A stretch of DNA of 59,787 nt, counting the filler. It is 5 parts of 5 records of this genome, joined end to end, with 100 filler letters (N's around TTAATTAATTAA, not from the genome) between each part and the next. Parts side by side here need not be neighbours in the genome. Positions count along the whole stretch, not along the records: positions 1 to 11,610 come from DRR723986_27141; 4 more parts are not named here. The stretch is one strand, 5' to 3'. A program made the translations under genes and the position numbers. The notes beneath the pieces are model-generated. The model was given only the letters and a program-made list of their open reading frames with translations. It did no database searches and had not been told where the DNA came from. Shown piece by piece: positions 1-9,309 of this stretch. Position 1 is the stretch's first letter, and each line of letters begins with the position of its first letter.

Positions 1-278
1 TTTGGACGTACTTTTGCGTGAATCTTTGGGGCCCTCCCCGCCTACCGCCGCCAGTGTGTCTTACCAAGACCCCAAACCTGCCCTTACCCGCGCCACAACG
101 CCGGTCTCAATTTCAATACTTCTTTTAAATGGAATTTCTGCTGTACAGGCCTGTACACATCAGGAGAAAACACAAGTCTACACAAACACCGGCTCTTGAC
201 ACACCCTAAAACATTCAACGGCATCCAATGCCGCGTCAACGTCCCGCATTACTGTTTATGCGGTCAGAATTCGCACAT

Positions 279-311
279 AAAAAGGCCGACAGTTCCATGA
301 ACCATCGGCCT
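279..311 (-). terminator. Intrinsic terminator downstream of the 342-1598 gene
   Basis: On the minus strand AGGCCGATGGTTC-ATG-GAACTGTCGGCCT forms a stem-loop followed by a T run, 30 nt after the stop codon. Confidence 0.7.
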
Positions 312-341
312 CCAAGCAGCTGCTTTACGTTCGACTTGTGC

Positions 342-1598
342 CTACTCGACAACCACAAGCTGCTCTATCGTTTTTCGATCGCCAAAGTCCAGATGCAGCT
401 GGTACACGCCACTCACCAGGCCGTCCAGGCCTAAACTTGTTGAATTGTCCGAAAAAACGCTCGCCGGCATACGCAGCACACGCCGGCCATCCATGCTGTA
501 TATCGCAAGTTCACGCAAAATCGGCGAACCTTCCGGCAGTTGAATATGCAGCACAGAACTCGCATCATAAGGGTTCGGGAACAAACGCACACCCTCGTGT
601 AACAGCGCTTCATCTTCGACAGACGTCACCGCACCAACCGTATGCCGCACAATAACTTCATTATCCAGAATTACATTCGTGGACCAGATAAACTGCGCGT
701 CGGCATCGGAGTCATCAAAAATCTCAGTGAAATTTGTGTAGGCCGACTTATTGTTAACACCAATCGTCTCGTTAGTGTATGTCGTCGCAGTCGGCCAGGA
801 GGAATCATCAAAGTCTTCCGTCTCCCAGCCGGCCTCACGCGGCCAGTGCAGAGCATAGTATTGTGTAGCGTCGTTGGAATTGCCGCTGTTGCAATTATCA
901 CTTAAACGCAGGCTACCATTTTCCGTGGGGCAGCTCAAGTCGTCAATCGGTGCTGTATAGTATGTTTGTGCCTTCCAGTCGCCATTCGTAATTGCGATTA
1001 CTTCGTCGCTTGTGTTCTTAAACACAGCTACCATGCCGCCGTCGCCCGGGTGATACGCGGAGCCCTGGCCATTTTCCGTCCCCAGCCCAAGGCTTTCCTC
1101 CCAGTCTACCAGCAGCATTGCAATTGTAAACGGCATGTTAACTCTAAACTGTATGATATTGGAGTTAAACTGCGTAAAAGGTACATTGTCCTTGCCGACC
1201 GCAACACCATTGATATACATCTCAAAGTAATTGTCAGCAAACACGTAAGCCGTGATGACTTCGCCATCAGCGTCAACCGTCACAATATCCTCAGAGTTAA
1301 GCGCATTCAATGCTGCCGCGGCGTTCGGATAGTTGTTACCGTTGCAGGGATTATGCAGGTCGGCCGCAAAGGGAAAACTGTCGTCTTCATAGTTAACCTT
1401 TGCCGGTAGCTCCCAGTTTGTATTATCCTGTGCCTGAATCTCTCCCAGCGGCGCCATGCGGCCATTCGCACAGTTGTACAAATTACTTGTCAGCGTGTTA
1501 CCTTCACCCTGGCTTACGCTGGCGGAGCCCTGGTACTGAGCTACGGCACTGAAAGGCATCATAGCAGCGGCAATCATAGTCAGAAGCAAATTTCGCAT
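342..1598 (-). CDS. Secreted protein with an uncharacterised N-terminal domain and a T9SS type A C-terminal sorting domain
   Basis: Sec signal peptide MRNLLLTMIAAAMMPFSAVAQ (start moved to ATG 1598). The C-terminus VRLFPNP...IYSMDGRRV...GVYQLHL...QLVV matches the T9SS CTD pattern. Internal AYVFADNYFEMYINGVAVGK motif. Confidence 0.8.
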   Translation of the reverse strand: MRNLLLTMIAAAMMPFSAVAQYQGSASVSQGEGNTLTSNLYNCANGRMAPLGEIQAQDNTNWELPAKVNYEDDSFPFAADLHNPCNGNNYPNAAAALNALNSEDIVTVDADGEVITAYVFADNYFEMYINGVAVGKDNVPFTQFNSNIIQFRVNMPFTIAMLLVDWEESLGLGTENGQGSAYHPGDGGMVAVFKNTSDEVIAITNGDWKAQTYYTAPIDDLSCPTENGSLRLSDNCNSGNSNDATQYYALHWPREAGWETEDFDDSSWPTATTYTNETIGVNNKSAYTNFTEIFDDSDADAQFIWSTNVILDNEVIVRHTVGAVTSVEDEALLHEGVRLFPNPYDASSVLHIQLPEGSPILRELAIYSMDGRRVLRMPASVFSDNSTSLGLDGLVSGVYQLHLDFGDRKTIEQLVVVE

Positions 1599-1759
1599 GT
1601 CTCGCATTCCCGAAAATTTCTCTACAGATCGTCGCAGAGCGACGGTTTGGGTACTAAATATGCAGCAGGAATGTAGCAAAAGACCACAATGTTACAGCTT
1701 CTGCATTTCGGGATCTGTGTAGCGGATTTTATTTCAGCTTGACTAATCCCCCTTTCGCA

Positions 1760-3307
1760 TTATGGCGTACTGCTCCCAGCCTGTTTTGCCTGACTGATCT
1801 TCTCAAGTACAACATCACTGAGTGTTGTGCGCCTGAGCTTCGATTCAATCCAGAAAAGGATTTCGTTCAGGCCCGGCAAGGGAGAATTACCGGCGGCAGA
1901 CTGCAACTCAGCCAGTTCAGCTGCCATAGTATCGTAATGTTGCCTGTGCTGACTTTCGGGAATAGTAGCAATGCGGTTAAGGTGTTTAACAACACACAGT
2001 TCGTAATCCCACGTAGCTTTGTTTGCCTGCAAGTGGCGCCTGGCGGAGCGCAAAAGCGAATCGAGAATCTCAACGTTCCCCAGCTCAAAGTGGATAATCG
2101 GCAAAAAAATACGGGCACGCGCACGCAGGTCCTGGCGAATGTCCAGGGGTTTGGTCTGTAGAAGTCGCTCCAGCCACGCGAGCGCCGCAGTATAACGCGC
2201 AGTGACAAGCGCAAATACTGCAAGATTTATACAAAGTGTTAACACTCGCGAAATCGAAAGCTTACCGGCGTAACGCTCCAGGCCCGCTTCAATTTCAATA
2301 CTAAGTTCATAACCTCGTTCAAAATTGCCCGTCTGCATGCAAAACAGAAGTTCAATATGTGTATTGTCCTGAAAGGCCTGTAAACTGTCAATCGCTGACT
2401 CCAGTTTAAGCGCACGCACTCTCTTCAATAAATTTTCGATTGTCTCAGGATGCCACGCACGCAAACACACATTAAGGTAGTTAACCATATCGCGACGATA
2501 GTGACGCAACTCACTCTGCTCCTGGCGTGGCACCTGTTCCCATTCCAGCATCAGAGCGGCATAGTCTTGTATTGCCTGAGAATATGCCTGATTAACAACT
2601 GCTGCTTCCGCGCAAATGCGGTAAAAGCTGCGGCGTGCACGTTTACTGAGTGCCTGCTCAACATCTGCCAAAAGTGGATGTTGTAACACGGCCTCCAGCT
2701 CGGCTTCAACACGAACATCACGGGCGACACTTGCCTGTTTGCGTAGCGTTGTAATGCGTGTCCGTAAATAACGGTAAGACTGCAGATTTGCCAATTGCAG
2801 ACTCACAGCCGTCGTCTGATCAGATATATCTATTAAACTCGCTGCAATCGTGGTAGATGCCGAGTTTTCAGTTAAACTGTACTCCAGGTCCAGCAATTCC
2901 GCCAGGGGCAGAAAATACTCATGTGTTTCCGCTAATTGTTTGGCTTTTTTGAGGAGCTGTGACGCCTGCACGTGCAGACCGCGTTGCTGCAGATTTTCAA
3001 TCTGGTTAATCATCTCGCGCAGCTGAGTGACATTTGACTTGGAGGCGCGGTACTCTGTCAGACTTTTCAACAAATTCTGGTACAGTTGGTATTTTGCTGC
3101 GGCCAGGTTGCGCGCCAAAGTCTGGCCCTTAAGCTTGGCCTTCAGCTTCGATTCATCATAAACCGTTTGGCGATCAATCGCCTTAAACAACAACACATTG
3201 TTATTCCCCGCACTTCCCGTGTGCTGCTCCGCCCGCAAGCTGAAGTAGCGCTTTTCTGCCTGCGACATCGTCTGGATCAGGTCAAACAAATCTTCACTTG
3301 GTTTCAT
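1760..3307 (-). CDS. Uncharacterised ~515-aa helical/TPR-like protein (KPSxxLFxLIxxxSxxEKRYF N-terminus)
   Basis: Long ORF rich in Leu/Ala/Glu/Gln. The N-terminus MKPSEDLFDLIQTMSQAEKRYF resembles a Bacteroidota hypothetical family I recognise. Start moved to ATG 3307. No signal peptide or TM segment. Confidence 0.75.
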   Translation of the reverse strand: MKPSEDLFDLIQTMSQAEKRYFSLRAEQHTGSAGNNNVLLFKAIDRQTVYDESKLKAKLKGQTLARNLAAAKYQLYQNLLKSLTEYRASKSNVTQLREMINQIENLQQRGLHVQASQLLKKAKQLAETHEYFLPLAELLDLEYSLTENSASTTIAASLIDISDQTTAVSLQLANLQSYRYLRTRITTLRKQASVARDVRVEAELEAVLQHPLLADVEQALSKRARRSFYRICAEAAVVNQAYSQAIQDYAALMLEWEQVPRQEQSELRHYRRDMVNYLNVCLRAWHPETIENLLKRVRALKLESAIDSLQAFQDNTHIELLFCMQTGNFERGYELSIEIEAGLERYAGKLSISRVLTLCINLAVFALVTARYTAALAWLERLLQTKPLDIRQDLRARARIFLPIIHFELGNVEILDSLLRSARRHLQANKATWDYELCVVKHLNRIATIPESQHRQHYDTMAAELAELQSAAGNSPLPGLNEILFWIESKLRRTTLSDVVLEKISQAKQAGSSTP

Positions 3308-3616
3308 AGCCCCTAAAGTCCGGCTAAGCGGGTAATGGATATTCTGGGATGCACTCTGCGGAGCAGCCTCAAACACTGCCGGCCCAAGATACACAATCTC
3401 TTTTTTGCAGGCCTTGAACTTTTAGCTCTCGCACATAAGACTGCGGCCACAACCCACTGTGATTCAACAACTTAGACGGACATTCAATCGAGCAGACCAT
3501 AGAAAATCGAAGACTTTAACTTTGATTGTGATCTATATTCCGGTTCTAATCAGAGCTTGCATGGCTTTACATTGCAATCGTCGTTAAATCAACATCTTCA
3601 AACTAGGAGCACATGC

Positions 3617-4222
3617 ATGTCAAATTCACAGGTTAAACTGACGGTTACAGCAGAGATTTCTACACAGTCGGGCAATCAGATGTCAGCCAGTTCAAGTACG
3701 CCTGCCACGCCCTCCTCCAACAATCCGCACATTACAATCGCAGCAACGATGCCGGAGAATGATTCAACTGACTTTTCCACGACGCCTAACTGCGGTGCTA
3801 CGCCCTCCGCAGACTGGACAATTGACTCCTATGCAACATCTGATAATGTTAAATACTATGAAGTTTACCCGCATGGCCTGATTCCTGATGCACACTTGCA
3901 CAAAGCCAGCATCAGTGGTTTGCATCTGAGCGCCAGTAATGCAATGGTACTAATCTTAACAAACCCAACTACACACAAAATATTTAGCCATACACTTAAC
4001 ACAGGAACTCCGGAGTGTCTTTTCCCACGCAACGTTTTACCGGTTGGTTGGGCAGTTAACCCAGACCTGCAGTATATCCATGCGCGCAGGCACGAATGTA
4101 TGGAGACGCCGGCACAGGGCGGCAGTCCGGTAGCAGTACTAAAAGTTCGCCTGGAAGCCTATATTAGCAACACAGGTTGGATTTTCATTGGCGACATCGA
4201 CTTAACTGATCCTCCCATCTGA
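3617..4222 (+). CDS. Hypothetical protein (ORFan-like, Ser/Thr/Pro-rich N-terminus)
   Basis: 201-codon ORF. AGGAG Shine-Dalgarno at 3605-3609 precedes ATG 3617. No family recognised. Confidence 0.6.
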   Translation: MSNSQVKLTVTAEISTQSGNQMSASSSTPATPSSNNPHITIAATMPENDSTDFSTTPNCGATPSADWTIDSYATSDNVKYYEVYPHGLIPDAHLHKASISGLHLSASNAMVLILTNPTTHKIFSHTLNTGTPECLFPRNVLPVGWAVNPDLQYIHARRHECMETPAQGGSPVAVLKVRLEAYISNTGWIFIGDIDLTDPPI

Positions 4223-4768
4223 CTCCGGCTTTCGGTGAGCTCACATTGCAACTTGTTAACATGTGAATAACGCAACCCCTGGAGCAGCACTTGCATATTT
4301 CTGGGGAACAAAGTCATTAACTGGCTCACCTTGGTTTTGCCTGGTTTTGCCTTTTTTGGCGCGCAGGCACAGAGCTCCAATTTTGCAGACATCAATCCCA
4401 TTCCGCGTACGACGGCTGCTCCTAAGACGCGCGAATGGGTATCTGCAGTTTGATTTTGCAGTGATATATTAAACAACTCACACTACAGCCCGCTGCGCCC
4501 CTCAATGATTCGTGGCTGGCTTTTAATACCGCTTTTGTTTTGCCCGCCTACGGCTCTGAACCACAAGTCGTAAGTCACTCAACCTATCCCCAAAGCCCAC
4601 ATGCACAAGTATGTAAAACCGCCACAAGAATTCAAGATCAAGCCATTTAACATTAATCCATTTAACTCTAAACATTGCTACCAGCTCGACCCACAGGACT
4701 GCTAACTTAAACTATTTAACATCAATTGATCATTATTTGACTGGCATTAGGCAATTCACACTGCAATT

Positions 4769-4843
4769 TCAACAACTAACAAAAATATCAAAGAGCCTGA
4801 GACCGCCGCCTGACCGCAGGAATGGCAAGGGCTCAAAGCGATC
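4769..4843 (-). repeat. Partial minus-strand copy of the contig A/D palindromic intergenic repeat
   Basis: The reverse complement reads GATCGCTTTGAGC...TCTCAGGCTCTTTGATATTTTTGTTAGT, matching GATCGCTTTGAGC...TCTCAGGCTTTTATGAGTTTCTTGTTTGT starting at 30013. Confidence 0.65.
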
Positions 4844-5226
4844 TACAGTCGCATAATTTAGATATTTTAAACACCTTGCGTCGTTTTACAGTATCTATGT
4901 TACAACTTCCGCTGTGTAACTTGTTTCCAGTGGAAATACGGAATTGACCGGCGTGTTACTGATGCAATTTTATTTGACTATCGACGCAGGTGGGTCCAGA
5001 ATAATCGATTAACGACGAGACATCGGACGCTATGGGGGCTGCAGATCAACTGCTTAGGCCTTGTACGAATAAGGGTGTGGATCGTGCGAAGGTAATGGAA
5101 GTGTCGTCCATAATTTCGCAGCGGCCCCTGTTAAGCGTCACTCAAAACGCGGCAAGCACATAAGAATCCTTGCAATTTCCTGCATTGCTGCGTGACGACT
5201 GAGAAATTGGTACTTGGCACACGGCA

Positions 5227-5273
5227 AGCAGCTTCATCAACTGTAAGGTTCGATGAGGCTGCTGTGCTTTTTT
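5227..5273 (+). terminator. Hairpin with downstream T-tract (possibly bidirectional terminator)
   Basis: AGCAGCTTCATC / GATGAGGCTGCT stem, followed shortly by TTTTTT. It lies ~60 nt beyond the stop of the minus-strand YiiX-like gene. Confidence 0.55.
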
Positions 5274-5333
5274 CGCGTAATTTTTTGCTGTAGCTCCTAA
5301 CCGATCAATTTACACTGCCAAACACATTTTAAC

Positions 5334-5984
5334 TCAGGAGCGCGCCACAGTCTTTAGCAAGGGTGACTCATAAATTCCCTGTGGCGAAATCATCAGCTCT
5401 TCCCAGGGTACGTCTTGCCCGTAGCGCTGTTTAAGTGCATTCTGTACGGAGCGGGACTGCAGCTTGTAATCTTTGAGTGCACGCAGATTCCCCAGTTTAA
5501 TTCCAGCACCGCGTTTATAGATTTTCCAGACTAACTCCGAGCAATAGATACGCGCATCGCTCCAGCCAAACTGTGTATCGTAGTCTTTGCCGGCAAATCC
5601 TTCGGCTACGGTTTGCATATTTTTCAGCACTGAACTGTTTAATATTTCAGCGGCGCCATGCAGGCGTTTAATTTCGTATTGCTGTTCGCGCCCACGCTCA
5701 ATCCAGTCTTCAAGTGGTGTTAACTTAACAGGGCCAATTGCCTCAAACACAAGCCATTTGCCCTCTTCCTGATACAAAATTCCGCAGTGACTAAACTTTC
5801 CGGCGGTTGCCAGCTGAATTGCTTCTCCGGCAGAAGAATTCAGCGATTGAAATATGACATCACCATTTTTGAGCTGTGCGTCCAGCGGAGAACTTTTACC
5901 AGAACGCGCGCTGACCACCATGACGAGCGCCACCAGTACCAGGCCCACAACAAAAATCAAACTCATCTTTTTAGGGTTGGACAT
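5334..5984 (-). CDS. YiiX/YebB-like permuted NlpC/P60 (papain-like) amidase with N-terminal signal/anchor
   Basis: Permuted catalytic order SHCGIL (His) ... YCSELVW (Cys), plus GDVIFQ and GKDYD motifs. Hydrophobic N-terminus. GGAG precedes ATG 5984. Confidence 0.85.
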   Translation of the reverse strand: MSNPKKMSLIFVVGLVLVALVMVVSARSGKSSPLDAQLKNGDVIFQSLNSSAGEAIQLATAGKFSHCGILYQEEGKWLVFEAIGPVKLTPLEDWIERGREQQYEIKRLHGAAEILNSSVLKNMQTVAEGFAGKDYDTQFGWSDARIYCSELVWKIYKRGAGIKLGNLRALKDYKLQSRSVQNALKQRYGQDVPWEELMISPQGIYESPLLKTVARS

Positions 5985-6436
5985 CTTCAAAACTCCCAAA
6001 CAACTCTCAAGGCAATTCCAGAATCATGTCAGCGGCTCCATGTTTACATTGTCGGGAGTATACGGCAGCATCAGATTTTGTTACCTTTTTCTTGGCATGG
6101 TGACCGGCCCAATATAGGCGGATGTTGTTTCCTGGCAGAAAACACCGGAAGAATGCTTGTGCCAGTTGTCCAGACACAAGTCTGACTTCTATCTACATTC
6201 AAGTATTTCTATTCACAATCCACTATTCCAGGCGTCGGCGTAGATTCGGCAAGCGTAGAAATACGTCATCCGGCTGTGCCACGCATGCCGGCCCTACAGA
6301 TGTTTGCTGCCGCTGCAAACAATTTCAGATCCTATTACAAACTATGTTTAATGCTGCTAAAGATGTACTTTAGGCACTGCCAGATACAACTTTATCAATG
6401 CTCTAACTTAATTTTTGACAATCATAGGATTCTCAC

Positions 6437-7462
6437 ATGCAAGAACAGCTAGACCCCGGGCACATTCTGGAAGTTGCGACCGCATTTTGGCCTTCCAAAG
6501 TATTGCTGACCGCTATTGAGTTTGACTTGTTCACTATCCTTGCTTCCGAATCGATGACAGCGGACGAGCTGGGTAAAAAACTACAAATCCAGCCTGAGCG
6601 GACCTTTGACTTTTTCGATACTCTTGTGGCCCTGAAATTTCTTGAACGCGATGGCGATGGCCCAGATAGTCGCTACCGAAATACGCCGCAAACCGCCGCA
6701 TTCCTGGACAGCAGAAGTCCAATGTACATTGGCGGTCTCCCAAAAATGTTAAATACCAGGCTGTTTGCGTACTGGAACGATTTGGGGGAGGCCCTACGCA
6801 CCGGCCAGCCGCAGAACGAACTGAAAACACATGGCACGTCGATTTTTGAGGAATTGTATGCCAACGAGCACCAGCTACGCGAATTCCTACATGCCATGTC
6901 TGCGGCGCAGGCCGGCAGCTTCCACGCCCTGGCTGCCAAATTTGATTTCTCACAGTACAAAACCGCAAGCGACATCGGCGGCGCTATCGGACTTTGCTCC
7001 GTAGTAATCGCTCAACAGCACTCGCATTTGCAGCTAAAAACATTTGATCTGCCGCCAGTTGCTCCACATGCTCAGGCATTTGTAGACGGCTCCGGGCTCG
7101 GCAGTAGAATTCAGGTGGTGCCTGGAGACTTTTTCGCTGATGAGCTACCTAAGTCGGACGTGATTCTAATGGGCAATATATTGCACGACTGGAGCTTAGA
7201 ACGCAAAAAAATTCTTGTTAAAAAGGCGTATGATGCCCTACCGAAAGGTGGCGCATTTATTGCAATCGAGAATGTCATAGACGACGCGCGACGGGAAAAC
7301 GTTTTTGGAATGTTAATGTCACTTAACATGTTAATCGAAACCGGAGACGGGTTCGACTATACAGGCGCCGAATTCCGAAGTTGGTGCAGCGAGGCAGGGT
7401 TTAAGCGATTTGATCTAATTCGACTGGCTGGTCCAACCAGTGCAGCAATTGCATATAAATAG
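6437..7462 (+). CDS. SAM-dependent O-methyltransferase (COMT/ASMT-like, dimerisation + Methyltransf_2 domains)
   Basis: DIGGAIG SAM-binding loop, FDLPPV, GDFF and ILHDW motifs; N-terminal dimerisation region. Confidence 0.9.
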   Translation: MQEQLDPGHILEVATAFWPSKVLLTAIEFDLFTILASESMTADELGKKLQIQPERTFDFFDTLVALKFLERDGDGPDSRYRNTPQTAAFLDSRSPMYIGGLPKMLNTRLFAYWNDLGEALRTGQPQNELKTHGTSIFEELYANEHQLREFLHAMSAAQAGSFHALAAKFDFSQYKTASDIGGAIGLCSVVIAQQHSHLQLKTFDLPPVAPHAQAFVDGSGLGSRIQVVPGDFFADELPKSDVILMGNILHDWSLERKKILVKKAYDALPKGGAFIAIENVIDDARRENVFGMLMSLNMLIETGDGFDYTGAEFRSWCSEAGFKRFDLIRLAGPTSAAIAYK

Positions 7463-7485
7463 AACGCGTGATGTAGCACAATAAT

Positions 7486-7520
7486 GCAGGGCCAGTACAT
7501 TGAAGATGTACTGGTCCTGC
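7486..7520. terminator. Strong hairpin between convergent genes
   Basis: GCAGGGCCAGTACAT-TGAAG-ATGTACTGGTCCTGC, a 15-bp stem with one G-T pair, 23 nt after the methyltransferase stop. Confidence 0.6.
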
Positions 7521-7662
7521 CTCGTATCAAAGCCGGTCTTACCTACCACCAGCGCCCGGCACAGCTATCATTGGCATTTGCGCGACATTGCACTGTAATT
7601 CATAGAGCTCTGTTTACACCTTGCAGATTTTCGCGATCCCTTGAACCCTATGCCGGCGAACG

Positions 7663-9207
7663 TCAACGAATGACATGCAACTTATGATTGTAGACTTCCG
7701 AGCCCACTTCCACACGCAGGAAATACACCCCGTGCATCAACAGCTGACCGGCAGAGTCGACAGTGACTAGCGGCAGAACCTGAACACCGGCCTCAAGCTG
7801 TCCTGCAAACACAGATTGCACCTCAGCTCCAGCAGCATTGTAGACTGAAACTTTCACTACGGAAGAACTCGGCAGAGTAAATGTTAGCTCGCCTATTTGT
7901 TTAAGGGGGGTCGGCTGAACTTTAACATTTCTGACAGACTTGCTTAACTGCATACCCCTGTCTTTTACTCCGACCACGAGCCGGTCGACTGTGTTAATGT
8001 AGACGGCACCACCAACGACATCTTGGTTGCGCTCCATTTGCGCGCCGCAGACGCTAAACTCACCGTCGAGCGCAACGGAGACACCAAATTCCTCCGCATC
8101 CTCGCCGTCTTCAGCCACCAGTTTCTGCGATTCACTCCAGGAGTCATTGGCCCAACGGTAAAGGTAGGCCGCGCCCTGGTAGTAATTTTCGCCGATACGA
8201 CTGCCGAGGGCTCCCACGAGAAGAAGCTCACCGTCGATGGCAACATCACCGCTGAAGAGTTCACCGCCAATACCATCGGCAGCGAACAGGCGCGCCTCAC
8301 GCTGCCAGTTTCCATCGGAGAATCGAAAGACGTACACCACACCGCTGCCTGCCTCCTGTCCACAGGCGTTTAGCGCACCAACCACCAATCTATCAGCCTT
8401 GATATCAACTGAGTTCCCGAAACCATCTCCGGGCTCCAGATCACTGGGAGTCAATTTGGTATGCGGCTGCCAGACTGCGTTAACACGTCCAAAAACATAG
8501 GCGGCACCTGTACCATTGTTTTGGTTAAAGGCACCCACCACTGCCCTGCCCTTGTCAAGCGCAACTGAGAATCCAAAGTTGTCTCCGGGTGCGCCGTCGG
8601 CAGCACGTAATATCGCAGCTTCGGTCCATTGATCTTCTGTGGTTAACTCATAAACATAGGCCTTGCCGCGCAGAAGTTCACCATCGACCATTGCCGTCTG
8701 ACTGCCGACTATGACGCTACTACCGTGAATATCAACACTCTCGCCAAAACGCTCATTGGCAACTCCGTCGCCGGCCATCAATTTTGTGCGCAGAGTCCAC
8801 TCGCCATCGGCGAGTACGTAAACATATGCTGCACCGCGCTCGGCATGCCCTGGCGCACCCACCACGGCATATAAACCATCAATTGCAACCGATCTACCAA
8901 ACTGAGCAAACCCGCCCAGGTCTGCAGGACTTAACCGCGCCACCTGACTCCAGCCGTTGTTGATAAACTGCCATACATAGGCGGCTCCATTTGTTTGTGC
9001 ACCTGCGGCCCAGGCACCGGCAATTACATAGTCTCCATGAACGTCCACAGCGGCCCCCAGAACCTGATCGTCAAGAGGCGCCTGCGCGCGCAGTTTCCAG
9101 GTCTCAGACGATGCAGAAGGTGCACCGCACAAGCAGATAAGGGCTGCGATTAAACAAGCCAGTATTACGTCCTGGAGTGAGTGTTGACTTTGTACACGAT
9201 TTAACAT
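7663..9207 (-). CDS. FG-GAP (integrin-alpha-like beta-propeller) repeat protein with T9SS-type C-terminal domain
   Basis: About seven repeats of FGxSVxIDGxxxVVGA...GAAYV(Y/F). Signal peptide. C-terminal VQPTP...VSVYNAAGAEV...GVYFLRV...KLHVIR. Confidence 0.85.
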   Translation of the reverse strand: MLNRVQSQHSLQDVILACLIAALICLCGAPSASSETWKLRAQAPLDDQVLGAAVDVHGDYVIAGAWAAGAQTNGAAYVWQFINNGWSQVARLSPADLGGFAQFGRSVAIDGLYAVVGAPGHAERGAAYVYVLADGEWTLRTKLMAGDGVANERFGESVDIHGSSVIVGSQTAMVDGELLRGKAYVYELTTEDQWTEAAILRAADGAPGDNFGFSVALDKGRAVVGAFNQNNGTGAAYVFGRVNAVWQPHTKLTPSDLEPGDGFGNSVDIKADRLVVGALNACGQEAGSGVVYVFRFSDGNWQREARLFAADGIGGELFSGDVAIDGELLLVGALGSRIGENYYQGAAYLYRWANDSWSESQKLVAEDGEDAEEFGVSVALDGEFSVCGAQMERNQDVVGGAVYINTVDRLVVGVKDRGMQLSKSVRNVKVQPTPLKQIGELTFTLPSSSVVKVSVYNAAGAEVQSVFAGQLEAGVQVLPLVTVDSAGQLLMHGVYFLRVEVGSEVYNHKLHVIR

Positions 9208-9309
9208 AGAAGACTCCGTTGGATACCGAAGGCCTGTTCAGTTCTGGCTCCGAACGACCGTATCGGCGAGTTAAACAATTGACAAGCACATAGGGAATGT
9301 GCCTGGGCC

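Noticed and set aside
142..157. Perfect 16-bp palindrome TGTACAGGCCTGTACA
   Set aside because: Single copy near the contig edge with no assignable gene; no function can be supported.
4159..4476. Short ORFs 4159-4476 (-) and 4263-4472 (+)
   Set aside because: They overlap each other or the upstream gene, and have no RBS or recognisable motifs.
4781..4868. ATATCAAAGAG...GATATTTT three-way fold read as a SAM-I or TPP riboswitch
   Set aside because: The core consensus nucleotides are missing and there is no suitable downstream gene; the segment is better explained as a copy of the dispersed repeat.
5034..5128. GGGGCT-start cloverleaf read as tRNA or tmRNA
   Set aside because: No T-loop (GTTCRA) and no matching acceptor 3' end/CCA; kept only as an unclassified ncRNA candidate.
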